Assembly (NCBI GenBank): GCA_964016885.1
Contig: OZ024742.1
Location: 222,828,001 to 222,892,000 of the forward strand
Direction of reading: 5' to 3'
Length of the DNA: 64,000 nucleotides
Source of the DNA: Eledone cirrhosa
Lineage: Eukaryota
Under the pieces are notes generated by a model, which worked only from the letters and a program-made list of their open reading frames with translations, was not told the DNA's origin and searched no databases. Shown one piece after another: positions 1 through 11,600 of this stretch. The first letter of the stretch is position 1; the number at the start of each line of letters is the position of its first letter. The translations under genes and the position numbers were made by a program.

Positions 1-434
1 TGTACAGAAACTCTTCTTCTGCCCGGTAGCTATAGTGAAAGAAGCTGTATGGTAGACATGGATGTACAGAAACTCTTCCTCTGTCTGGTAGCTATAGTGA
101 AAGAAGCTGTATGGTAGACATGGATGTACAGAAACTCTTCTGCTGCCTGGTAGCTATAGTGAAAGAAGCTGTATGGTAGACATGGATGTACAGAAACTCT
201 TCTGCTGCCTGGTAGCTATAGTGAAAGAAGCTGTATGGTAGACATGGATGTACAGAAACTCTTCCTCTGCCTGGTAGCTATAGTGAAAGAAGCTTTATGG
301 TAGACATGGATGTACAGAAACTCTTCCTCTGCCTGGTAGCTATAGTGAAAGAAGCTTTATGGTAGACATGGATGTACAGAAACTCTTCCTCTGCCCGGTA
401 GCTATAGTGAAAGAAGCTGTATGGTAGACATGGA

Positions 435-493
435 TGTACAGAAACTCTTCTGCCTGGTAGCTATAGTGAAAGAAGCTGTATGGTAGACATGGA
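435..493. repeat. 59-bp monomer variant (3-bp deletion in the CTCTTC(C/T)TCTG tract); first example, dozens of copies across the window
   Basis: Reads GAAACTCTTCTGCCTGG instead of GAAACTCTTCCTCTGCCTGG. Further examples near 1424, 2403, 3092, 4568, 6555, 25224, 29243, 40620, 40680 and 63857. Confidence 0.95.
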
Positions 494-1299
494 TGTACAG
501 AAATTCTTCGTCTGCCTGGTAGCTATAGTGAAAGAAGCTGTATGGTAGACATGAATGTACAGAAACTCTTCTTCTGTTTGGTAGCTATAGTGAAAGAAGC
601 TGTATGGTAGACATGGATGTACAGAAACTCTTCTTCTGCCTGGTAGCTATAGTGAAAGAAGCTTTATGGTAGACATGGATGTACAGAAACTCTTCCTCTG
701 CCTGGTAGCTATAGTGAAAGAAGCTGTATGGTAGACATAGATGTACAGAAATTCTTCGTCTGCCTGGTAGCTATAGTGAAAGAAGCTGTATGGTAGACAT
801 GGATGTACAGAAACTCTTCCTCTGCCTGGTAGCTATAGTGAAAGAAGCTGTATGGTAGACATGGATGTACAGAAACTCTTCCTCTGCCTGGTAGCTATAG
901 TGAAAGAAGCTTTATGGTAGACATGGATGTACAGAAACTCTTCCTCTGCCTGGTAGCTATAGTGAAAGAAGCTGTATGGTAGACATGGATGTACAGAAAC
1001 TCTTCCTCTGCCTGGTAGCTATAGTGAAAGAAGCTGTATGGTAGACATGGATGTACAGAAACTCTTCCTCTGTCTGGTAGCTATAGTGAAAGAAGCTGTA
1101 TGGTAGACATGGATGTACAGAAACTCTTCTTCTGCCCGGTAGCTATAGTGAAAGAAGCTCTATGGTAGACATAGATGTACAGAAACTCTTCTTCTGCCTG
1201 GTAGCTATAGTGAAAGAAGCTGTATGGTAGACATGGATGTACAGAAACTCTTCCTCTGCCTGGTAGCTATAGTGAAAGAAGCTGTATGATAGACATGGA

Positions 1300-1544
1300 T
1301 GTACAGAAACTCTTCTTCTGTCTGGTAGCTATAGTCAAAGAAGCTGTATGGTAGACATGGATGTACAGAAACTCATCCTCTGCCTGGTAGCTATAGTGAA
1401 AGAAGCTGTATGGTAGACATAGATGTACAGAAACTCTTCTGCCTGGTAGCTATAGTGAAAGAAGCTGTATGGTAGACATGGATGTACAGAAATTCTTCGT
1501 CTGCCTGGTAGCTATAGTGAAAGAAGCTGTATGGTAGACATGAA
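1300..1544. repeat. Recurrent 4-monomer cassette (245 bp); first example of more than 20 copies
   Basis: Fixed order: GTCAAAG unit, then CTCATCC...CATAGA unit, then a 59-bp unit, then an AAATTCTTCGTC unit. Repeats near 4.8, 7.6, 8.4, 10.7, 12.2, 14.8, 15.5, 18.1, 18.8, 19.5, 36.0, 39.3, 40.5, 43.6, 44.3, 48.6, 51.0, 54.5, 57.4, 58.1, 60.5, 61.2 and 63.7 kb. Confidence 0.9.
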
Positions 1545-4500
1545 TGTACAGAAACTCTTCTTCTGTCTGGTAGCTATAGTGAAAGAAGCTGTATGGTAGA
1601 TATGGATGTACAGAAACTCTTCCTCTGTCTGGTAGCTATAGTGAAAGAAGCTGTATGGTAGACATAGATGTACAGAAACTCTTCTTCTGCCTGGTAGCTA
1701 TAGTGAAAGAAGCTGTATGGTAGACATGGATGTACAGAAACTCTTACTCTGTCTGGTAGCTATAGTGAAAGAAGCTGTATGGTAGACATGGATGTACAGA
1801 AACTCTTCCTCTGTCTGGTAGCTATAGTGAAAGAAGCTGTATGGTAGACATGGATGTACAGAAACTCTTCTTCTGCCTGGTAGCTATAGTGAAAGAAGCT
1901 GTATGGTAGACATGGATGTACAGAAACTCTTCTTCTGCCCGGTAGCTATAGTGAAAGAAGCTGTATGGTAGACATGGATGTACAGAAACTCTTCTTCTGC
2001 CTGGTAGCTATAGTGAAAGAAGCTTTATGGTAGACATGGATGTACAGAAACTCTTCCTCTGCCTGGTAGCTATAGTGAAAGAAGCTGTATGGTAGACATA
2101 GATGTACAGAAACTCTTCTTCTGCCTGGTAGCTATAGTGAAAGAAGCTGTATGGTAGACATGGATGTACAGAAACTCTTCCTCTGCCTGGTAGCTATAGT
2201 GAAAGAAGCTGTATGGTAGACATGGATGTACAGAAACTCTTCCTCTGTCTGGTAGCTATAGTGAAAGAAGCTGTATGGTAGACATGGATGTACAGAAACT
2301 CTTCTTCTGCCTGGTAGCTATAGTGAAAGAAGCTGTATGGTAGACATGGATATACAGAAACTCTTCTTCTGCCCGGTAGCTATAGTGAAAGAAGCTGTAT
2401 GGTAGACATGGATGTACAGGAACTCTTCTGCCCGGTAGCTATAGTGAAAGAAGCTGTATGGTAGACATGGATGTACAGAAAGTCTTCCTCTGCCTGGTAG
2501 CTATAGTGAAAGAAGCTGTATGGTAGACATGGATGTACAGAAACTCTTCCTCTGTCTGGTAGCTATAGTGAAAGAAGCTGTATGGTAGACATGTATGTAC
2601 AGAAACTCTTCCTCTGCCTGGTAGCTATAGTGAAAGAAGCTGTATGGTAGACATGGATGTACAGAAACTCTTCTTCTGCCCGGTAGCTATAGTGAAAGAA
2701 GCTGTATGGTAGACATGGATGTACAGAAACTCTTCCTCTGTCTGGTAGCTATAGTGAAAGAAGCTGTATGGTAGACATGGATGTACAGAAACTCTTCTTC
2801 TGCCCGGTAGCTATAGTGAAAGAAGCTGTATGGTAGACATAGATGTACAGAAACTCTTCTTCTGCCTGGTAGCTATAGTGAAAGAAGCTGTATGGTAGAC
2901 ATGGATGTACAGAAACTCTTCCTCTGCCTGGTAGCTATAGTGAAAGAAGCTGTATGGTAGACATGGATGTACAGAAACTCTTCTTCTGTCTGGTAGCTAT
3001 AGTGAAAGAAGCTGTATGGTAGACATGGATGTACAGAAACTCATCCTCTGCCTGGTAGCTATAGTGAAAGAAGCTGTATGGTAGACATAGATGTACAGAA
3101 ACTCTTCTGCCTGGTAGCTATAGTGAAAGAAGCTGTATGGTAGACATGGATGTACAGAAATTCTTCGTCTGCCTGGTAGCTATAGTGAAAGAAGCTGTAT
3201 GGTAGACATGAATGTACAGAAACTCTTCTTCTGTCTGGTAGCTATAGTGAAAGAAGCTGTATGGTAGATATGGATGTACAGAAACTCTTCCTCTGCCTGG
3301 TAGCTATAGTGAAAGAAGCTGTATGGTAGACATGGATGTACAGAAACTCTTCCTCTGTCTGGTAGCTATAGTGAAAGAAGCTGTATGGTAGACATGGATG
3401 TACAGAAACTCTTCTTCTGCCTGGTAGCTATAGTGAAAGAAGCTGTATGGTAGACATGGATGTACAGAAACTCTTCTTCTGTCTGGTAGCTATAGTGAAA
3501 GAAGCTGTATGGTAGACATGGATGTACAGAAACTCTTTCTCTGCCTGGTAGCTATAGTGAAAGAAGCTGTATGGTAGACATGGATGTACAGAAACTCTTC
3601 TTCTGCCTGGTAGCTATAGTGAAAGAAGCTGTATGGTAGACATGGATGTACAGAAACTCTTCTTCTGTCTGGTAGCTATAGTGAAAGAAGCTGTATGGTA
3701 GACATGGATGTACAGAAACTCTTTCTCTGCCTGGTAGCTATAGTGAAAGAAGCTTTATGGTAGACATGGATGTACAGAAACTCTTCCTCTGCCTGGTAGC
3801 TATAGTGAAAGAAGCTGTATGGTAGACATGGATGTACAGAAACTCTTCCTCTGCCTGGTAGCTATAGTGAAAGAAGCTGTATGGTAGACATGAATGTACA
3901 GAAACTCTTCTTCTGTTTGGTAGCTATAGTGAAAGAAGCTGTATGGTAGACATGGATGTACAGAACGTCTTCTTCTGTTTGGTAGCTATAGTTAAAGAAG
4001 CTGTATGGTAGACATGGATGTACAGAAACTCTTCTTCTGCCTGGTAGCTATAGTGAAAGAAGCTTTATGGTAGACATGGATGTACAGAAACTCTTCCTCT
4101 GCCTGGTAGCTATAGTGAAAGAAGCTGTATGGTAGACATAGATGTACAGAAACTCTTCTTCTGCCTGGTAGCTATAGTGAAAGAAGCTGTATGGTAGACA
4201 TGGATGTACAGAAATTCTTCGTCTGCCTGGTAGCTATAGTGAAAGAAGCTGTATGGTAGACATGGATGTACAGAAACTCTTCCTCTGCCTGGTAGCTATA
4301 GTGAAAGAATCTGTATGGTAGACATGGATGTACAGAAACTCTTCCTCTGCCTGGTAGCTATAGTGAAAGAAGCTTTATGGTAGACATGGATGTACAGAAA
4401 CTCTTCCTCTGCCTGGTAGCTATAGTGAAAGAAGCTGTATGGTAGACATGGATGTACAGAAACTCTTCCTCTATCTGGTAGCTATAGTGAAAGAAGCTGT

Positions 4501-5689
4501 ATGGTAGACATGGATGTACAGAAACTCTTCTTCTGCCCGGTAGCTATAGTGAAAGAAGCTGTATGGTAGACATGGATGTACAGAAACTCTTCTGTCTGGT
4601 AGCTATAGTGAAAGAAGCTGTATGGTAGACATGGATGTACAGAAACTCTTCTTCTGCCCGGTAGCTATAGTGAAAGAAGCTGTATGGTAGACATAGATGT
4701 ACAGAAACTCTTCCTCTGCCTGGTAGCTATAGTGAAAGAAGCTGTATGGTAGACATGGATGTACAGAAACTCTTCTTCTGTCTGGTAGCTATAGTCAAAG
4801 AAGCTGTATGGTAGACATGGATGTACAGAAACTCATCCTCTGCCTGGTAGCTATAGTGAAAGAAGCTGTATGGTAGACATAGACGTACAGAAACTCTTCT
4901 GCCTGGTAGCTATAGTGAAAGAAGCTGTATGGTAGACATGGATGTACAGAAATTCTTCGTCTGCCTGGTAGCTATAGTGAAAGAAGCTGTATGGTAGACA
5001 TGGATGTACAGAAACTCTTCTTCTGCCCGGTAGCTATAGTGAAAGAAGCTGTATGGTAGACATGGATGTACAGAAACTCTCCCTCTGCCTGGTAGCTATA
5101 GTGAAAGAAGCTGTATGGTAGACATGGATGTACAGAAACTCTTCTTCTGTCTGGTAGCTATAGTGAAAGAAGCTGTATGGTAGATATGGATGTACAGAAA
5201 GTCTTCCTCTGCCTGGTAGCTATAGTGAAAGAAGCTGTATGGTAGACATGGATGTACAGAAACTCTTCTTCTGTCTGGTAGCTATAGTGAAAGAAGCTGT
5301 ATGGTAGATATGGATGTACAGAAACTCTTCCTCTGCCTGGTAGCTATAGTGAAAGAAGCTGTATGGTAGACATGAATGTACAGAAACTCTTCTTCTGTCT
5401 GGTAGCTATAGTGAAAGAAGCTGTATGGTAGATATGGATGTACAGAAAGTCTTCCTCTGCCTGGTAGCTATAGTGAAGGAAGCTGTATGGTAGACATGGA
5501 TGTACAGAAACTCTTCCTCTGCCTGGTAACTATAGTGAAAGAAGCTGTATGGTAGACATGGATGTACAGAAACTCTTCTTCTGTCTGGTAGCTATAGTGA
5601 AAGAAGCTGTATGGTAGATATGGATGTACAGAAAGTCTTCCTCTGCCTGGTAGCTATAGTGAAAGAAGCTGTATGGTAGACATGGATGT

Positions 5690-8600
5690 ACAGAAACTCT
5701 TCTGCTGCCAGGTAGCTATAGTGAAAGAAGCTGTATGGTAGACATGGATGTACAGAAACTCTTCCTCTGTCTGGTAGCTATAGTGAAAGAAGCTGTATGG
5801 TAGACATGGATGTACAGAAACTCTTCTTCTGCCCGGTAGCTATAGTGAAAGAAGCTGTATGGTAGACATGGATGTACAGAAACTCTTCCTCTGTCTGGTA
5901 GCTATAGTGAAAGAAGCTGTATGGTAGACATGGATGTACAGAAACTCTTCTGCTGCCTGGTAGCTATAGTGAAAGAAGCTGTATGGTAGACATGGATGTA
6001 CAGAAACTCTTCTGCTGCCTGGTAGCTATAGTGAAAGAAGCTGTATGGTAGACATGGATGTACAGAAACTCTTCCTCTGTCTGGTAGCTATAGTGAAAGA
6101 AGCTGTATGGTAGACATGGATGTACAGAAACTCTTCTTCTGCCCGGTAGCTATAGTGAAAGAAGCTGTATGGTAGACATGGATGTACAGAAACTCTTCCT
6201 CTGTCTGGTAGCTATAGTGAAAGAAGCTGTATGGTAGACATGGATGTACAGAAACTCTTCTGCTGCCTGGTAGCTATAGTGAAAGAAGCTGTATGGTAGA
6301 CATGGATGTACAGAAACTCTTCTGCTGCCTGGTAGCTATAGTGAAAGAAGCTGTATGGTAGACATGGATGTACAGAAACTCTTCCTCTGCCTGGTAGCTA
6401 TAGTGAAAGAAGCTTTATGGTAGACATGGATGTACAGAAACTCTTCCTCTGCCTGGTAGCTATAGTGAAAGAAGCTTTATGGTAGACATGGATGTACAGA
6501 AACTCTTCCTCTGCCCGGTAGCTATAGTGAAAGAAGCTGTATGGTAGACATGGATGTACAGAAACTCTTCTGCCTGGTAGCTATAGTGAAAGAAGCTGTA
6601 TGGTAGACATGGATGTACAGAAATTCTTCGTCTGCCTGGTAGCTATAGTGAAAGAAGCCGTATGGTAGACATGGATGTACAGAAACTCTTCCTCTGTCTG
6701 GTAGCTATAGTGAAAGAAGCTGTATGGTAGACATGAATGTACAGAAACTCTTCTTCTGTTTGGTAGCTATAGTGAAAGAAGCTGTATGGTAGACATGGAT
6801 GTACAGAAACTCTTCTTCTGCCTGGTAGCTATAGTGAAAGAAGCTTTATGGTAGACATGGATGTACAGAAACTCTTCCTCTGCCTGGTAGCTATAGTGAA
6901 AGAAGCTGTATGGTAGACATAGATGTACAGAAACTCTTCTTCTGCCTGGTAGCTATAGTGAAAGAAGCTGTATGGTAGACATGGATGTACAGAAATTCTT
7001 CGTCTGCCTGGTAGCTATAGTGAAAGAAGCTGTATGGTAGACATGGATGTACAGAAACTCTTCCTCTGCCTGGTAGCTATAGTGAAAGAAGCTTTATGGT
7101 AGACATGGATGTACAGAAACTCTTCCTCTGCCTGGTAGCTATAGTGAAAGAAGCTGTATGGTAGACATGGATGTACAGAAACTCTTCCTCTGCCTGGTAG
7201 CTATAGTGAAAGAAGCTTTATGGTAGACATGGATGTACAGAAACTCTTCCTCTGCCTGGTAGCTATAGTGAAAGAAGCTGTATGGTAGACATGGATGTAC
7301 AGAAACTCTTCCTCTGCCTGGTAGCTATAGTGAAAGAAGCTGTATGGTAGACATGGATGTACAGAAACTCTTCCTCTGTCTGGTAGCTATAGTGAAAGAA
7401 GCTGTATGGTAGACATGGATGTACAGAAACTCTTCTTCTGCCCGGTAGCTATAGTGAAAGAAGCTCTATGGTAGACATAGATGTACAGAAACTCTTCTTC
7501 TGCCTGGTAGCTATAGTGAAAGAAGCTGTATGGTAGACATGGATGTACAGAAACTCTTCCTCTGCCTGGTAGCTATAGTGAAAGAAGCTGTATGATAGAC
7601 ATGGATGTACAGAAACTCTTCTTCTGTCTGGTAGCTATAGTCAAAGAAGCTGTATGGTAGACATGGATGTACAGAAACTCATCCTCTGCCTGGTAGCTAT
7701 AGTGAAAGAAGCTGTATGGTAGACATAGATGTACAGAAACTCTTCTGCCTGGTAGCTATAGTGAAAGAAGCTGTATGGTAGACATGGATGTACAGAAATT
7801 CTTCGTCTGCCTGGTAGCTATAGTGAAAGAAGCTGTATGGTAGACATGAATGTACAGAAACTCTTCTTCTGTCTGGTAGCTATAGTGAAAGAAGCTGTAT
7901 GGTAGATATGGATGTACAGAAACTCTTCCTCTGCCTGGTAGCTATAGTGAAAGAAGCTGTATGGTAGACATGGATGTACAGAAACTCTTCCTCTATCTGG
8001 TAGCTATAGTGAAAGAAGCTGTATGGTAGACATGGATGTACAGAAACTCTTCTTCTGCCCGGTAGCTATAGTGAAAGAAGCTGTATGGTAGACATGGATG
8101 TACAGAAACTCTTCTTCTGTCTGGTAGCTATAGTGAAAGAAGCTGTATGGTAGACATGGATGTACAGAAACTCTTCTTCTGCCCGGTAGCTATAGTGAAA
8201 GAAGCTGTATGGTAGACATAGATGTACAGAAACTCTTCTTCTGCCTGGTAGCTATAGTGAAAGAAGCTGTATGGTAGACATGGATGTACAGAAACTCTTC
8301 CTCTGCCTGGTAGCTATAGTGAAAGAAGCTGTATGGTAGACATGGATGTACAGAAACTCTTCTTCTGTCTGGTAGCTATAGTCAAAGAAGCTGTATGGTA
8401 GACATGGATGTACAGAAACTCATCCTCTGCCTGGTAGCTATAGTGAAAGAAGCTGTATGGTAGACATAGACGTACAGAAACTCTTCTGCCTGGTAGCTAT
8501 AGTGAAAGAAGCTGTATGGTAGACATGGATGTACAGAAATTCTTCGTCTGCCTGGTAGCTATAGTGAAAGAAGCTGTATGGTAGACATGGATGTACAGAA

Positions 8601-11600
8601 ACTCTTCTTCTGCCCGGTAGCTATAGTGAAAGAAGCTGTATGGTAGACATGGATGTACAGAAACTCTTCCTCTGCCTGGTAACTATAGTGAAAGAAGCTG
8701 TATGGTAGACATGAATGTACAGAAACTCTTCTTCTGTCTGGTAGCTATAGTGAAAGAAGCTGTATGGTAGATATGGATGTACAGGAAGTCTTCCTCTGCC
8801 TGGTAGCTATAGTGAAAGAAGCTGTATGGTAGACATGGATGTACAGAAACTCTTCCTCTGTCTGGTAGCTATAGTGAAAGAAGCTGTATGGTAGACATGG
8901 ATGTACAGAAACTCTTCCTCTGCCTGGTAGCTATAGTGAAAGAAGATGTATGGTAGACATGAACGTACAGAAACTCTTCTTCTGTCTGGTAGCTATAGTG
9001 AAAGAAGCTGTATGGTAGACATGGATGTACAGAAACTCTTCTTCTGTCTGGTAGCTATAGTGAAAGAAGCTGTATGGTAGACATGGATGTACAGGAACTC
9101 TTCTGCCCGGTAGCTATAGTGAAAGAAGCTGTATGGTAGACATGGATGTACAGAAAGTCTTCCTCTGCCTGGTAGCTATAGTGAAAGAAGCTGTATGGTA
9201 GACATGGATGTACAGAAACTCTTCCTCTGTCTGGTAGCTATAGTGAAAGAAGCTGTATGGTAGACATGGATGTACAGAAACTCTTCCTCTGCCTGGTAGC
9301 TATAGTGAAAGAAGCTGTATGGTAGACATGGATGTACAGAAACTCTTCCTCTGCCTGGTAGCTATAGTGAAAGAAGCTGTATGGTAGACATGGATGTACA
9401 GAAAGTCTTCCTCTGCCTGGTAGCTATAGTGAAAGAAGCTTTATGGTAGACATGGATGTACAGAAACTCTTCCTCTGCCTGGTAGCTATAGTGAAAGAAG
9501 CTGTATGGTAGACATGGATGTACAGAAAGTCTTCCTCTGCCTGGTAGCTATAGTGAAAGAAGCTGTATGGTAGACATGAACGTACAGAAACTCTTCTTCT
9601 GTCTGGTAGCTATAGTGAAAGAAGCTGTATGGTAGATATGGATGTACAGAAAGTCTTCCTCTGCCTGGTAGCTATAGTGAAAGAAGCCGTATGGTAGACA
9701 TGGATGTACAGAAAATCTTCCTCTGTCTGGTAGCTATAGTGAAAGAAGCTGTATGGTTGACATGGATGTACAGAAACTCTTCCTCTGCCTGGTAGCTATA
9801 GTGAAAGAAGCTGTATGGTAGACATGAACGTACAGAAACTCTTCTTCTGTCTGGTAGCTATAGTGAAAGAAGCTGTATGGTAGACATAGATGTACAGAAA
9901 CTCTTCTTCTGCCTGGTAGCTATAGTGAAAGAAGCTGTATGGTAGACATGGATGTACAGAAACTCTTACTCTGTCTGGTAGCTATAGTGAAAGAAGCTGT
10001 ATGGTAGACATGGATGTACAGAAACTCTTCCTCTGTCTGGTAGCTATAGTGAAAGAAGCTGTATGGTAGACATGGATGTACAGAAACTCTTCTTCTGCCT
10101 GGTAGCTATAGTGAAAGAAGCTGTATGGTAGACATGGATGTACAGAAACTCTTCCTCTGTCTGGTAGCTATAGTGAAAGAAGCTGTATGGTAGACATGGA
10201 TGTACAGAAACTCTTCTTCTGCCCGGTAGCTATAGTGAAAGAAGCTGTATGGTAGACATAGATGTACAGAAACTCTTCTTCTGCCTGGTAGCTATAGTGA
10301 AAGAAGCTTTATGGTAGACATGGATGTACAGAAACTCTTCCTCTGTCTGGTAGCTATAGTGAAAGAAGCTGTATGGTAGACATGGATGTACAGAAACTCT
10401 TCTTCTGCCCGGTAGCTATAGTGAAAGAAGCTGTATGGTAGACATGGATGTACAGAAACTCTTCCTCTGTCTGGTAGCTATAGTGAAAGAAGCTGTATGG
10501 TAGACATGGATGTACAGAAACTCTTCTGCTGCCTGGTAGCTATAGTGAAAGAAGCTGTATGGTAGACATGGATGTACAGAAACTCTTCCTCTGCCTGGTA
10601 GCTATAGTGAAAGAAGCTTTATGGTAGACATGGATGTACAGAAACTCTTCCTCTGCCTGGTAGCTATAGTGAAAGAAGCTTTATGGTAGACATGGATGTA
10701 CAGAAACTCTTCTTCTGTCTGGTAGCTATAGTCAAAGAAGCTGTATGGTAGACATGGATGTACAGAAACTCATCCTCTGCCTGGTAACTATAGTGAAAGA
10801 AGCTGTATGGTAGACATAGATGTACAGAAACTCTTCTGCCTGGTAGCTATAGTGAAAGAAGCTGTATGGTAGACATGGATGTACAGAAATTCTTCGTCTG
10901 CCTGGTAGCTATAGTGAAAGAAGCTGTATGGTAGACATGAATGTACAGAAACTCTTCTTCTGTCTGGTAGCTATAGTGAAAGAAGCTGTATGGTAGATAT
11001 GGATGTACAGAAACTCTTCCTCTGCCTGGTAGCTATAGTGAAAGAAGCTGTATGGTAGACATGGATGTACAGAAACTCTTCTTCTGTCTGGTAACTATAG
11101 TGAAAGAAGCTGTATGGTAGACATGGATGTACAGAAACTCTTCCTCTGCCTGGTAGCTATAGTGAAAGAAGCTGTATGGTAGACATGGATGTACAGAAAT
11201 TCTTCGTCTGCCTGGTAGCTATAGTGAAAGAAGCTGTATGGTAGACATGAATGTACAGAAACTCTTCTTCTGTCTGGTAGCTATAGTGAAAGAAGCTGTA
11301 TGGTAGATATGGATGTACAGAAACTCTTCCTCTGCCTGGTAGCTATAGTGAAAGAAGCTGTATGGTAGACATGGATGTACAGAAACTCTTCCTCTATCTG
11401 GTAGCTATAGTGAAAGAAGCTGTATGGTAGACATGGATGTACAGAAACTCTTCTTCTGCCCGGTAGCTATAGTGAAAGAAGCTGTATGGTAGACATGGAT
11501 GTACAGAAACTCTTCTGTCTGGTAGCTATAGTGAAAGAAGCTGTATGGTAGACATGGATGTACAGAAACTCTTCTTCTGCCCGGTAGCTATAGTGAAAGA

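Noticed and set aside
22-26. CCWGG (Dcm-type) site in most monomers as a prokaryotic methylation array
   Set aside because: The site is freely lost (TCTGG, CCCGG, TTTGG variants), and nothing in the window indicates a prokaryotic context.
1-62. Known motifs: telomeric repeat, CENP-B box, heat-shock element, tRNA/5S/snoRNA-derived unit
   Set aside because: There are no TTAGGG-type repeats, no TTCG....A..CGGG, no properly spaced nGAAnnTTCn arrays, and no Pol III A/B boxes or paired C/D boxes that I can support.
37-80. Satellite-encoded hammerhead ribozyme as in newt, schistosome or cricket satellites
   Set aside because: GAAAC is present, but the required CTGANGA core is not (the closest is CTGTATGG), and I could not build stems I-III on either strand. 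An Infernal/Rfam scan of a trimer would settle it.
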